Source of the DNA: Ramazzottius varieornatus
Taxonomy: Eukaryota > Animalia > Tardigrada
Assembly: GCA_001949185.1 (NCBI GenBank)
Contig: BDGG01000002.1
Coordinates: 7,988,448 to 8,052,447 of the forward strand
Direction: 5' to 3'
DNA length: 64,000 bases
Below the pieces are notes generated by a model that was not told the DNA's origin, did not search any database, and was given only the letters and a program-made list of their open reading frames with translations. The position numbers and the translations under genes are program-made. Shown here one piece after another: positions 38,401 through 51,100 of the stretch (position 1 is the first letter of the stretch; each line of letters begins with the position of its first letter).

Positions 38401-41400
38401 CACCCTATGGTGTCATCTCATCGTCCAATGTTAGACCGGCCAGAGAAGCCATGAAGGAACGCTCACTGTCTCGAGAGGGAGCCATCACACCGCCTCCACC
38501 GCGCCCTCGAACTCCGACGCAAGAAGAACGCTTGCAGAGACTGCTGAAGCCCGATGAAAGGGAGTTCGTCGTTGTGGAAGAGGATCGCCATCGCTATCGA
38601 CTAAAGTCGCCTTTGAAGGAGATTGCCAAACCAGCCAACCATCATTCCCAACCAGGAGTGAGTCTGGCTTTGTCTCTCCCACAGTCAACCATAAAAAATC
38701 AGTTTCAGCTGGAAATCAACAGTATAGATGGAAGTTCGGTAAATTGTCTTTTTGTCAAGTGGCGCAGGCTTGGTGCATCATTGGTCGAAGGTATGCGCCA
38801 CTTGATAGAACGATTTTGTGCGCTTCGTTTGGTCGACCTTCCAAACATTCAGTCAGTATGAAACGAAGCAATATATACTGATGGGCAAAGAGAAGAATGG
38901 TTGGTTTGTGATTTATAGGTGTACGAGGATATGCGTATGGAGTCTGAGAGTGGGATGAGCGAAGGGGAAGACTGGCCCTTGCCGGAGCGGAAGAAGAAGA
39001 AGAGCCAAGTGCGCCACCTGCCGCCACACAACGCCGATGACTGGCTGGCAACCCAACACGATAAGCTGCAGCATCGCAAGTACGGCCCCGCCTACCAGCA
39101 TCGGCAGCACCAAGAACAAGCCATGCTGGAGGAACTGCGGGAAACGCACCAGCGCATGCAACAACAAGTGCCCAACCGCGACATTGACGAGAACCGACTG
39201 CCCCTCTCCAGCATTGTCCTCCGCGAAGCCAAGACGCCACCGCTGACACGCCGTCCGGGCTCGGGCAACTGGTCCGACGAAGAGGGTGTCCGCGTCAAAG
39301 AGAACCCCGGTTACGCCGTGGTCCGCAGCCAGTTAACACCCTCTTCCTTCCAGATCAGCCATTCGGAGCCCGTTGCAGGACTGCAGGCGCCTCAACAACC
39401 ACTTCCGCCGCAGCCACAGCATCGCTTCGAGACGAACGAAGCCACGTCGCGTCGACAGGCCTTCCAGATGACACCGGTGGATGTGGGCCAGATTAGCGGT
39501 CATCCGGTAGCGCGGACTTCCAAGCAGATGGACCATCCCGTACGTCAAGCCAGCAGCAGTCAGCGCTTCATCAATCAACCAATGGCCAAAGATGACACGG
39601 ACCATGATTCCATCATCGATGAAGTGGACTTCAGTGATGAACCACTGTACAAAGTAGTACCGCAATTGTCGACATCTCGTTCTTCCCAACAACGCACTTC
39701 GCGCTCTCGACAAATTGACGGTAAGTACTTCCAGTTTCACTCCTTGAAGTCGTGTATATCTGTCTGTATCGGTCATTTCCGCCCCTTTTTCTACGCAATA
39801 CTGTACTTGTCAAGGTCGTGCCCGGCACAGACTTGACAGGCGTAATCGTAGAAATATGTCTCGGCGCCGGAAGTAACGTTGCGCGACTGAGTCCTCATGT
39901 GATGTTTTTGTCCGCAGAGGGTCGTTTGGCGTCGGGGGGAGAAGGAGGTTCGCCTGACTTGTTGCGCAAGAGTGCGGTATCACCCAAGTCCATACTGAAA
40001 AACAGCAGCTTGACCCGCGTCCATCGCAATGCCGTCTCCGAAGAACGTCCACCCACCCAACACACAGCCAACACTCGACCCATCGCTCAACGTCCCATCA
40101 CGCCCAACTTCCCCGTTAGCGAAACCCTTCCTACTTCCCAGGATGGCACCGCAAGTTCCGCTCACCAAAATAGGCAGCAGATGTCTGGCAGACCAGAAGC
40201 CAGTACTGGACGAGGCACCACGGACCAAAGTGGTCGGTCCACACCTACCGGTAAACTATATACAATGCTGCTTCGTACAATAACCGGTCAAAAATAACGT
40301 TTACAGTAAGAACAAACATTTGGGGAGCCGACAAACACAACGTACAAGGTCGTAATTAAGTGGCGCACGCGCCCAGTTGATAACAATGGAAGTCTGCGCC
40401 ACTTAACATTGTTCGTCTTAGCTCGTCATCTTAAGTGACGCACACTTCCATTGTTATCAACTGGAAGCTTGCGCCACTTGGAATATCGATTTCGCACATT
40501 CGGTCTGTCTTCTTCCCTCTGTTTCGATAAGAGAAGTGACCAACCATAGTTTGTCTAATGTCAGCCGGTGTCTTTGCAGGCTACGTCGGAGTGACGAACG
40601 GTCGGCGAGCCAGCTTGAACTCTGTCAACGTGGAAGAAGACGAAGGTGCTCACAGGCGGATGGACGAGCCGCCGTTGTTCGTCCGCGATGTCAGTAAGTA
40701 TTGGTACAAGCCATCGATATCCCGGGAGGAAGCCATCCAAATACTTAAGAGCAAGCCGGCCGGTACTTTTCTCATTCGGGACAGCCATTCGTTCCCCGGA
40801 GCTTTTGGTCTGGCAGTCAAGGTCGATGCTCAACACCTGCAGCCCAACAACAGTAACGCAAGCAGCACTTCCGGCAACGCCGAAGACTTGGTCCGTCACT
40901 TTCTCATCGAATCGTCAGCCAAAGGTGTCCACCTAAAAGGCAGCCCCAACGAACCAGTCTTCACCAGCCTGTCCGCACTGGTCTACCAACACAGCTTGAC
41001 ACCGCTGGCTCTTCCATGCCGTCTAACGCTGCCGCAACATGATCTGGCCGTGGCTGAACAACCACTCTACTCGGAAGACAGTCTCCAGCGGCTGATGGAA
41101 CAAGGCGCAGGTACGGTATCTAATTTCCTTTTTTTACATCCTCTTGTTTTCATTGTGCCATGTTCGCCTTGTTATAGCCTGCAACGTGTTTTACCTGCTG
41201 AGCCTGGACACGGAGTCTCTAACGGGCCCACAAGCCATTCGACGCGCCATGACCCACATTCACCATGGCCATGCTATCCATCCTACGGTGGTTCACTTTA
41301 AGGTCAACGAAAACGGCGTGCTCCTCACCGACAATCAACGAAAGTACGTATACTACATGCACTCTGTTAAGCAGAGCCTTCGGAAAGCACAGTATATTAC

Positions 41401-42046
41401 ATTGTGTCTATAGGTTGTTCTTCCGTCGTAACTACCCCATCCAGTCGATATCCTATTGCGGTATGGATCCCGACGATCGACGATGGACTTTCCAGCCTAA
41501 TGAAAGTTCACCACCCATCAGTGCTCGGTAAACATACGAAATCGTACATATGTGCAAAGCCTCTTTTACTTTATCACCTCCGGCAATGTTGGGGACGTGA
41601 GCAATGACTCTAATTCGACCGTTTTCTCAAGTGGCGCACTTTATCATTCTTAATGACTGGAAGTGTGCGCCATTTCGGAAAACGCCCTGGATCAGCTCAT
41701 CTGCCCACGTGCCAGTTTCGAGTAATAAAAATATAATTCTTTGGAAACGCGTTCAGCATTTTCGATTTATAACCATGATCTTGCATGCGTCTGTTGTAGG
41801 TGTTTTGGCTTTGTGACGCGGAAAGCAGGAAGTGCCAACCAGAACGAGTGCCTGATCTTTGCCGAGCTGGAAGCCCAACAGCCAGCCGGCGCCGTCGTCA
41901 GCTTCGTCACCAAAGTCATTCGAACAGCCAACTCGTCCAACGACGTCGCTCCGTCCGGCAGCACCTTCCGTAGTCGTCAAGCTGGTAATTATGCCGGACT
42001 GATGCGCTCGCAGTCGTATCGCTACAACCCAAGCCTGGGACGCTGA
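32421..42046 (+). CDS. TNS: Tensin (PTEN-like PTP, C2, long linker, SH2, PTB), multi-exon; start approximate
   Basis: [99 protein letters not shown]2: [14 protein letters not shown]....[21 protein letters not shown]: ACNVFYL...[42 protein letters not shown]. Confidence 0.93.
33580..33700. repeat. Family A doublet (cores 33580-33628, 33652-33700)
   Basis: Both spacers 25 nt, in opposite orientation; tensin intron. Confidence 0.9.
34804..34852. repeat. Family A palindromic core
   Basis: CACGTGGCGCAT-N25-GTGCGCCACTTG near the 5' end of the 2-kb tensin intron. Confidence 0.88.
37275..37323. repeat. Family A palindromic core (perfect arms)
   Basis: CAAGTGGCGCAC-N25-GTGCGCCACTTG; tensin intron 37209-37504. 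Confidence 0.92.
38756..38804. repeat. Family A palindromic core
   Basis: CAAGTGGCGCAG-N25-ATGCGCCACTTG; tensin intron. Confidence 0.9.
39783..39855. repeat. Family B fold-back copy
   Basis: CCCTTTTTCTACG..TGTCAAGGTCGTGCC-C-GGCACAGACTTGACA..CGTAGAAA; tensin intron. Confidence 0.75.
40357..40480. repeat. Family A inverted doublet (cores 40357-40405, 40432-40480)
   Basis: The two spacers are reverse complements at 23 of 25 positions; tensin intron. Confidence 0.92.
41628..41676. repeat. Family A palindromic core
   Basis: CAAGTGGCGCAC-N25-GTGCGCCATTTC; last tensin intron. Confidence 0.88.
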
Positions 42047-43222
42047 GCGGCAAAAGGCCAAACTGGGACCTGTGCCAATGGGAACAATGGACCAAGACTC
42101 ATTTTTTAACTGCTAAAAGAACTTTGATAATCTTCGTGGCCTTTCTTGGTTCTCTGACTACCGCTGTATGTATATACTCGCTCGGCCGTGCACTTTAGCT
42201 CGTATGGTTTTCTGCGTTGTTTCGAACGCTAGCTAACTTGGTACCTTCAACGTTTCGCGGGTTTCCTCTTTACCGGTTTTGTCCTCTCTTTGAACTTTCA
42301 GCGCTTAGCTCACGGTTCTCCTCTCTTTGGTTGATTTTGGGGCCCTAATACTGTCGGTTGTTACTGTTTTTACTTGTTAACACTGCCCTGTTTGTTTCGA
42401 AAAACGTGAAGATGTTCCGTCGTATGCTCAATTCTCTGTGCCTAAGCCTGCCCTGTGTGATATTGTCGTATCGGACAGTGTGGTGCAGCAACGCCACCTG
42501 TACAACGGACCGCCAGTGCAGACCCTACAGACTTCACTTTCTGTTTACCCTCGATAAGGAAGCACAACCAAATCAAATATTGATGTCGAAAAAGCAGCCA
42601 TCACTCAGAGGAAGACACGATATGATTCAGTCGAGAAAGCGTGACTATCAGTCTTTGTCACAAACACACGTATCGATACAGTAGCACAACAACGGAGATT
42701 ACAGAGTATAGCACTAAACAAACAGGCTCTGTGTGTGTTTTTGAGACATGGAGGCTTATACTGAAAAGAGCAGGCAACATTACGACACGGAATTATCAAA
42801 GAAAACGACGACTGACTAATCTGCCATACGACCGCCAAAAAATGTAAATGATACGATAAAAGGACACAAAGCTTAAAAAGGTAAGGTATAAAAGTGACAG
42901 ACACATCAATTGACTGGTCTCTTTGCAGCAATGAAGAAGATCGTTGCGGCTTGTGGCGATGGCTAGCTGGCAGAAGAAAGTCAAGGCAGGAAGCACAACA
43001 AGATTGCAGTAGGAGTGCCGGCGAGCTCTTCGTGGTCCAAGTATCAAAAAAGGAAGCACAGAGATTCACACGTATAAAGAGAGGAAAAAGGAAGAGCCGA
43101 GATATGAGGAACAAGAGATTAGTAGGCCACAGTGTGTGGACAGTAAAGTAATGCTGATCAGGTGGCAGCCACAACCTTGTGGTCATGACAGACTGACAGA
43201 AAGAGAGAGACAGAGAGACAAG

Positions 43223-44854
43223 TTAGTCCTTGCCACAACAACGGCAACACATGCGACGGAAGATGACGGCAAACTTCTCAATGATGCAGCCAAAGAGGAT
43301 GAACTGCAGGGCCGAATAGAGAAGTGGTCCCAAGTGGAAGAGGTCGATGAGGATGGACCACATGCACACCGTCTGGTCACGAGCCAGGTTCAGCGTCAGC
43401 ACCAACTGCCCGATGGCGTAGGCGCCCGACAACAGGAACATCAGGATGACTTGTGCCAACACCAGCTTTGTCAACTACAACCAAAAAGAATATGCACTTA
43501 CTTTATTTTATTGATTTATTTTCGGAGGGGCGATCAAGCGCTTACGTGGATTTCCTCTTCGACCTTCTGACGCCACAATTCCCCGTTACTGCCCAGCGTG
43601 ATCTTGCGCATCGAGGAAATCTGCTTCATCAACGAGGATATGAGCATGGGGATCAAGATGAGCAGCAGTGGATAAGGCAGGAAGACGCTGTAACAACAAT
43701 AACAACAATAATCAGAGTTGGTTAACAGAAGGTTGTATGTAAGTTCAAGACAAGCGACACGTACCTGAAGACAAGTTGGAACCAATAGAGGACTGAACAG
43801 GGGAGAGGGTTGTATGTGCCTGTAGCATAGCCCAGCAGGCTTTCCAGTTTAGAGTACCATAGAACGGGGAAGACCAAGCCGAAGGCGCATAGCCAGATGA
43901 GAATGTTGACAGCATCGGCTCTCAGCGGCGAACAGTAGCGCCGTCCTGAGTCGCCACTGTAACCCGTCACTACGCGTTCCACCGCACCCGCCAGCAACTG
44001 CCACATGACAATCAGCCAGAAAAAGTAGGACCTACAACAGCCATATTATATGAAGAACCACTGTCAAACAAGTTCACACTGTGAATTTGAACGATTAAGT
44101 TAAGTCTGCCATTTTTCTACGAGAAATGCCTGTCAAGGTGGTGCCGAGCAGGGCCTCGTTCGTGTCAACCCGTAGAAAAAGGCGGCATGGCTTCACACCA
44201 AACATGTAATGGTCATAATTCATCCAATGTCACTTACAGATGATGGATGTAGACGCGTCCTTCCCGATGGAAGATATGCCGTGTGTAGTCATTGCTGTAG
44301 TCGACCAGACGGAGAAGGAAGACGGCGATAATGTAAAGGACTTGGGCGATGGTGCCGGACAGCAGGAAGGAATTGATGGCTGAACGCATGCGGATATGGC
44401 ACAGGACACTACAATCAAACCATCCTTTGCGACTTCTTTCAGACTATCTCATAAAGGTGAGAACCTCCTACCTCATGACCAGAATGTTGCTGAGGAGGCC
44501 GAGGGCCAGCAGGGTCGGAGAGACCACCTCGACGACATACGCCGCCGTCGTTACCCAGTCGTCAATGTGCGGACCCAGAGCGGAAGCGGGCCGCCCGACG
44601 GCAGTGTTGGGACTGATGGCGGCGGCGGCCGCCGACTGCAGAAAGGCGGCTCCGTGACTGCGGATGCATTGCTCGCCTGTCGAGACACTCAAACAGTGAT
44701 ATAACAGTCCAATGGGCAGCACACAGCTGTACTCATGTCCCCCATTCATTTGAGGCTTGGGAAAGATGGAGAAATCATGGCCGGGACCACACTGATTGCT
44801 GGTTTGTCCTTCGATGAAAGGGATGGCTGACTGCCAGTTGGTGGAAGACGCCAT
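43223..44854 (-). CDS. Class A (rhodopsin-like) peptide-receptor-type GPCR, multi-exon
   Basis: TM1 VSPTLLALGLLSNILV; MRSAINSFLL before TM2; TM3 ending AVER; TM4 ILIWLCAFGLVFPVLW; TM5 VFLPYPLLLILIPMLI; TM6 MTKLVLAQVILMFLL; TM7 ALQFILFG..EKF; Cys-rich tail CCRCC. Confidence 0.75.
44108..44183. repeat. Family B fold-back copy
   Basis: GCCATTTTTCTACG..TGTCAAGGTGGTGCC-G-AGCAGGGCCT..CGTAGAAAAAGGC; GPCR intron. Confidence 0.72.
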
Positions 44855-47800
44855 TCTGTCCGCAAATAATATTATGGGAAGAAGGAGTCCTTTCCAGTAC
44901 TTTCCCCCTTCTTATCGATTATCGAGGGCTGGATGGTCTTTAAGGTTGATCCAGCTTTGCGGTCAATGGAGAAGATAGGAAGTCACAACGCTCGACCCAG
45001 TCAACTCGCCAAATGAACGTCCACCATCCGATCGATAAGTAGTATTCCGTCGATATCAAAGTTAGTCCACTTTCACTGAGCTGAACAAACAATCAATAAC
45101 CACAAACCAGCCTGCGATCTGTAATAACATCAACAAAAACAGTATAATTAGCAGCCTGATATAACATGCAAAGCTTAGCTGGAAACTTTCTCACGACTGT
45201 GCAATATCTTTGTACTCACTACTTACAGACAGCAGGAGGTTCGATTTTCAAGCCTTTAAACTGTGAATATTCCAAGCGTGTCGGGATACATGAAAGGCGT
45301 TTCTCCTGCAAAGAATGCAAAGGGAACGATTCATAAGTTGACCATATCAGGAATACGAAACGATAAGATAAGCAGCTGCTGCGCGTCTTCACTCACTCGC
45401 ACTCTCGATCTGCCAAGAAATACAGAGCACCGTTGTCGTTGGACACAAGTTGGTAAAGACTGGTGAAGATGCTTTCACTGTGCGACTCCACCATCGATCT
45501 GCTAATCGTGAGCGTGGTTTGATTTCAGCCACAAGCTGACATGCATTCGCAGGCCTAAGATGACTGAAAATCGACTTTGAATGTGGCGCTCAGAAGGATA
45601 CAAATCAAGCGAACATATAGAGAGAAATCAGTACACTCTCGGAGGCGGAGTGCAGCTGGCCGGAAGGCGCGCTTCCGATAATCTCTAACCAATTACCTGC
45701 GTTGGTCGGAATTCTGCTGCTCTACCGCACGCCAACCACGTGTAGAGCTGGCTAATCCATGAAACAGACTATTGTTAATTGCATTTTCCGAGAATCAAAG
45801 TCCTCAAGGATCCCAAGATCTTGGATTCTGCATCAAAAGCTGTGTCAATCTTTTTGTGCCTCAACCTGTACGCTGTGGTAGTTCCGGGATAAAAGGGACG
45901 CGGCTGCAGAGTCAACAGAAATCGGCTGTATGCTTCGTTATTAATTTCATCTCTGTTAACTTCCTTATGGAAGTCGGAGAGGATCTGAAAGGTATTTGAC
46001 ATGTGTTGATGGAAACAGCAGAAAAGCGATGCGGACGTTCCAGCGTGGATCTTTTGGCTACGGAAAAGGTGAGCTGTAATTGGGGGAGCACTGAAGGGTA
46101 ACGTAACTCTTAACTAGAAGCTTTTTTGCAGACTAAATTATCTCTTCTCGCACCACTTCCGGTCTCACTTGCTCTACATGTCTGGACGCTATTCGTGGCT
46201 CAGTATGGCTGGATTGTTGAAGCAGGGGTATGATGCAGTGCGGTGATGCGGCGATGTAGGTGAGTAGGGAAAAGTAACCAAGCTGAAGGAATTGCTAGCA
46301 GCTAGATTAGCCGTTCAACGTGATGGAAAACATCATCCGTTCGTTTCCTGTTCCTATCTCTCGTTAGCGACGAGGCTGGGTGCGATATGACTACCGAAGG
46401 ACGGAAAGAGGTAGCAGTGTTGTTTCTGATGGAGAAATGAACGATGGATGAAGGATAAAGTGCGTCACGGACCGCAAAGGGAAGTTTCCTTAGGGAATTG
46501 TTCTTTCAGGTTTTTCTCATGTAATATACAAACAGATATACAGTATTAAGCTTAGGATGCTTTGTTTTTGAAATCTTCTCATAGGAAGGAAGTCGCTCTG
46601 CTTCGTCTTATTTTATAGCTGAAAGTGCAATTTGTGTTTGTGGAGCAGGTGGGGGATCGGTAGGTATCAAGGTCCTGGCCTGTGGCTAGCGTGGCGGCCG
46701 AAGGTGAACCGGAAGTAGGCGCGACGGAGATGACATTCGAGAGCGTCCAGTTTATTAAATACGTTACTGCTTTACAGGCTGATGTTGGCTGGATTAGAGG
46801 AGCAAGTAGATTGATCCGAGGTTTCCCCAGTGAAGTTTTCCTCAGACAGCCTCGGTGATTTCGGGAGATGATGCGCGGCGTCGTACGCCATTCGTCGGAC
46901 GTTAGAACAGCGGAAATGAGATAAGGATGGAACCGCGCGAGGTGCGCGTCCTGTTAGAAGTCTTTTAAGGAGGCTTTGCTCGACAGTGCATGCTTTCCAG
47001 CTTGTTTGCATGGAGAGTAGTGAGTGTCTTGATGAAAGAATAATGAGGAGCGTTAAGGCGCCAAAGGCCCCGCAGGCAAAAGATGGCAGACGCAGGCTGG
47101 CAAATGAAGTTTCTCTCCCATCGATACATGGAGCTTACGACAGCGGGCCTGTGGAGCCTGGCTGTGCTGAATAGAGTTCTTTGTGTTCGACTACAAATCT
47201 CGCAAGGGAATTTAGGAGACTCACAGGACATTGTAATCCGCTTCCCTAACCAACACTAAGGCCGCAAATTGCCTTCATCGTTGCCGCCTCACTCTGTACT
47301 GTGCTCTCCCACGCCTGTGTGGCCTTCTCCATCAGGGACTTCCGGTTATGCTGGATGCTGTCTCTAACTATGCAGTGGGGACATATCAACAGTCACTAAT
47401 AGTATATGAGGACCTCTCATGACTGCAAGTACAGCATCTAGACAGGGATCGTCTGTGCGATATTGGCAGCTTAAACATTTTGAGTGGTGGACATGGTCGG
47501 AGTTTCTGGTGGCGATCGATGGTATATCACGAGCAATATGCCAATGTTAAACGACAAGTCTGCAGATGGAGACCTGAGGCCTGGTTGTTGTATAGAAGGT
47601 GCTGTGTATGAGGTACCAGAGTGGAGAACCTGTTTGGGCGACCGAGTCTTGACATTGTCCGGTCGTCGCTGTCGTGTGCCAGTCGTCAGTCTTCACAAGG
47701 CCTAGGAGACCCTCGTGGGTCCGCAGACGGCGTCGGACCACGTCTTTCTTATGTTGAACAAACATGTCCACCGTAGCCATCTAACGTGGTACCCACGATC

Positions 47801-48141
47801 TAGTGCGCGTCTCGACGGACGATATGGCAGCAACCTCCATTTAGTTTAGCCTTTAACACATTGGCTGCGATGTTTACGTCGAACGAAGACGCAGCGTGTC
47901 GAAAACCTCTGACCCGACTGTAGTACCATGCTCGTCACTACTCACTCAAAGGTGTCCACTGCCGTCGCTGTCCGTTGCATGTTAGTGTTAGCTGGGTTGG
48001 CTGCATGGTCAGAGTTTGTCCGTATAGTCTAATGTCTTCTTTGCTTTCAGGTTCGCTGAGGTTGGACATTACGAGACTGTTTCAGGATTGCGAATGACGG
48101 CGCTTCGATAACGGGAGGTTCCATTGTCTGCAGGAAGAAGA

Positions 48142-51100
48142 ATGTCGACTAATGAAGGTGTCTTTTTGGCGAGAAATGTCCTACTTTTGATTTGTTTGTA
48201 TGGTTAGCATGTGCTATGGTTGCGTGTTTACTTGCAGAAGCCAAACGGGCGCTGGTCATCTTGGAGGATATGCAGCGGAAACTGCGAGCCAGTAATCGTC
48301 TGCAAGTGGATAATGAGCTGAGCCAACTCATTCGTCTATTGCACAATCCCGTCTTCCGTGGGCTACTTCAGCTACAAGACAACCTCAACCTGAAGAAAGA
48401 CGTGACTACCACCACCACCAATGGCCATCATTCCCCTACTACCACTTTTCCTCACCTCTACAACGAGCCTCCACATTCTCGCCACATGGTTTGTCGCCAA
48501 GTCTTCCTTTCATAATTTAATCAGCTATCCATTGGGGCTGTTTCTGTACAGAAGAATGGCCAAGACGGACGAGCGTCAGCTTGGAGCTCCTTCGAAGAGG
48601 TGGAAGATGGCGGCTTGGACTTTGGGACAGCTTCCATAGCGGTATCGAACTGTGCTATGCATTACTAGTGGATGCTCTGAATTGTCCATACGTGAAAAGA
48701 CTAATTAGTCGACACACTTTGTGTAGGACATGAGCAGTTACCTTGCTACGGTCTTGCCGGCTGAAGGGAGGACGTTGCATCGCGTCCAGCTGATGAAAGA
48801 AGCTGGACAGACCTTGGGTTTCTCCGTCTTGGGACGGCGAAGCATGGAAGGCGCCGGCACCGATGATGGCATCTTCATTGAAGATATCCAAGAAGGCAGC
48901 ATCGCACATCGGTAAGTCCCCCATCGTGGAGCCTGGAATTGAGACATCGGCAACGGAATTGAACATGATCTTTCTCCTAAATGGCGCACTCTTACAGCCT
49001 TCAACAATGGAGGTGTGTGCCACTGGACATAACGATCGTGTTCAATTCAGTTGCCGCTTTCCCAATTGTCTTGATTTCTTGTGGACGGGTGCGAGGTTCA
49101 GTCTTCAGTCAGGTCTTCGGCAGGAACTGAAAAAACGCTCCAAACGATAGTATCAGTTCTAACGTTCAGCCTTTTGCCCTCTTCTACGAACCTGGCTAGT
49201 GACTTCCCTGAAACTGCTTCTTGGACACTCCTCGATCGCAGGTCAGAAAGTCCAGGTTGTTGTCTCCAGTGCTGTGTCGCGTTGTGTGAGGACCAGTGCG
49301 GCCAGTTTTGATAGTTTCGCCCTGAGCTTGACAAGTGATGACGGTGGGCTTATGAAGCTTACTGAGCAAGCGGCCAGTTTTCGTCTGATAGTCCGTAATC
49401 GTCCTGCTTTGGACCTGCAGGCGAGCTTACGTGGGAAGGTTTTCTGATGGCACTGGCGGAGTGTCCAGCGGGCGATTCGATCGCAATGCTTCCCCCCGCT
49501 TCGGCGTTTACAACCGGGATGAATACAACTAGGCAGCCTCAGTTGCTTATCGATCGAGCTTGGTTATGCGCAGTGTGTTGATTTTTGTGCCCATCACATT
49601 ACCAGGCGTTGTTGCAGAAAACCGTCAAGAGTAAGGACTGAAGAGGGATGAAAAGTCATTACAGGAGGGTTAATGTGCGTATCTCCACGGCGCTTGTAGG
49701 TCGTAATTAGAAGAAGGCGTCCTCATGGGACCTCGTGGCAATGGTCGAGCATCCTAAGTCATCCCATCCCCTCTCGACAATTTTGTTCCAGCACTTGAGC
49801 AAAGCCATTCTGTCATCATGTGGGTCGTCAGCACATGCATTCACCCACATCGTCGTATCAAGTACCGCACCGTTCTAGCCCGTAACAATGCTTTTTCCAA
49901 AGTGATGTCACTTTGGAAAAAGCAATGGAAATCGTCGTGATCGTTTTCCAAGTGGCGCACGCTCCCAGCTAGTAATAATAGAACCGTGCGCCACTGGAGA
50001 AAACGATCATCTGGAATCATTTGCCGACGTCCCATGTAAAGTACTTCCTAATCACCCGCGTATAACCCGCCTATCCCGTGCTGTGATGTGTAAGTTTACG
50101 CTGATCTTTTGGCGGTATGTTCGGATGGGTGACGGGGCTTATGGAGAGTGGATATGAGTATCATGAGGCATGCCGCCGTCATTGAAGAGCCATTTTACTG
50201 AACGATATGTGTGTGTGTACTGAAGGGCTAGCGCGTGTTATAGCTTGAGTGATTCTGTAGTGTGGGTATATATGGCGGAGAACCCATGGAGCTGCGGAGC
50301 AGCAGACTAAGGCAAATATAGTGCAAGTGTGGAATGTTTAGAGAGAGATGGAGGTCCTTGATTTGCATGGCGAACCCGTATTGTGTGGTGGCTCGAGTAT
50401 CGATTGCAGCATGTCGGGCGGTAATAGACATGGCATGGCACACTGTGGCTGCGGGCCATAACGCTTGCTCAGTTTGTTTAGCCATATAGCCCAGCTCCAT
50501 CATCGGGTCCGTCCTTGCTGCGAGCCTGCGTGCCCGCCAAGAAGAAAAGTCCTTGTATATACAGGATCGTCGATACTCTTTCCTGTTACACGGCACTATA
50601 AATGTCCCTAGGCTTGATTTATCCTTCCATCCATTCCGCTAGTCCTTAGCCTTCCTTTCCAGCTGATGGATGACGTTTAACAGTGGGCTTCGTAGCGCTG
50701 ATTTGTCGTTTGCTCCACTGGCAGATCTCCCTCTTGATACACATTCCATGCCCACTTTACATATAGCCCATGTGCCTGCTCTGCAAATGATAGCCATGTC
50801 GTCCTTCCTGTCAAGCTGTTCAGCTCTGTGGCTCCATGTTTATTATGCTTTGCGGGTTGTACTGCGTATCCAACGTCGGAACGGAGTTTCGAACTGTGGA
50901 AGATAGCGACGATGACAGGGAGAATGTGGTTGGCAATGATTGCATGCTGAGGTTTCTTCCTCATCATCAACGTTGGCTTTGCTTTTTCTTGCTCGTTGCA
51001 TTCAGCGTGTTTCTCTTCCGTTTGCCTTGGTGGGCTCTTTGATCGAATGAAAGTGCATGGAGGTGGTGAGAGGATGAATGTCGAGGAATTGCTAGTTTGA

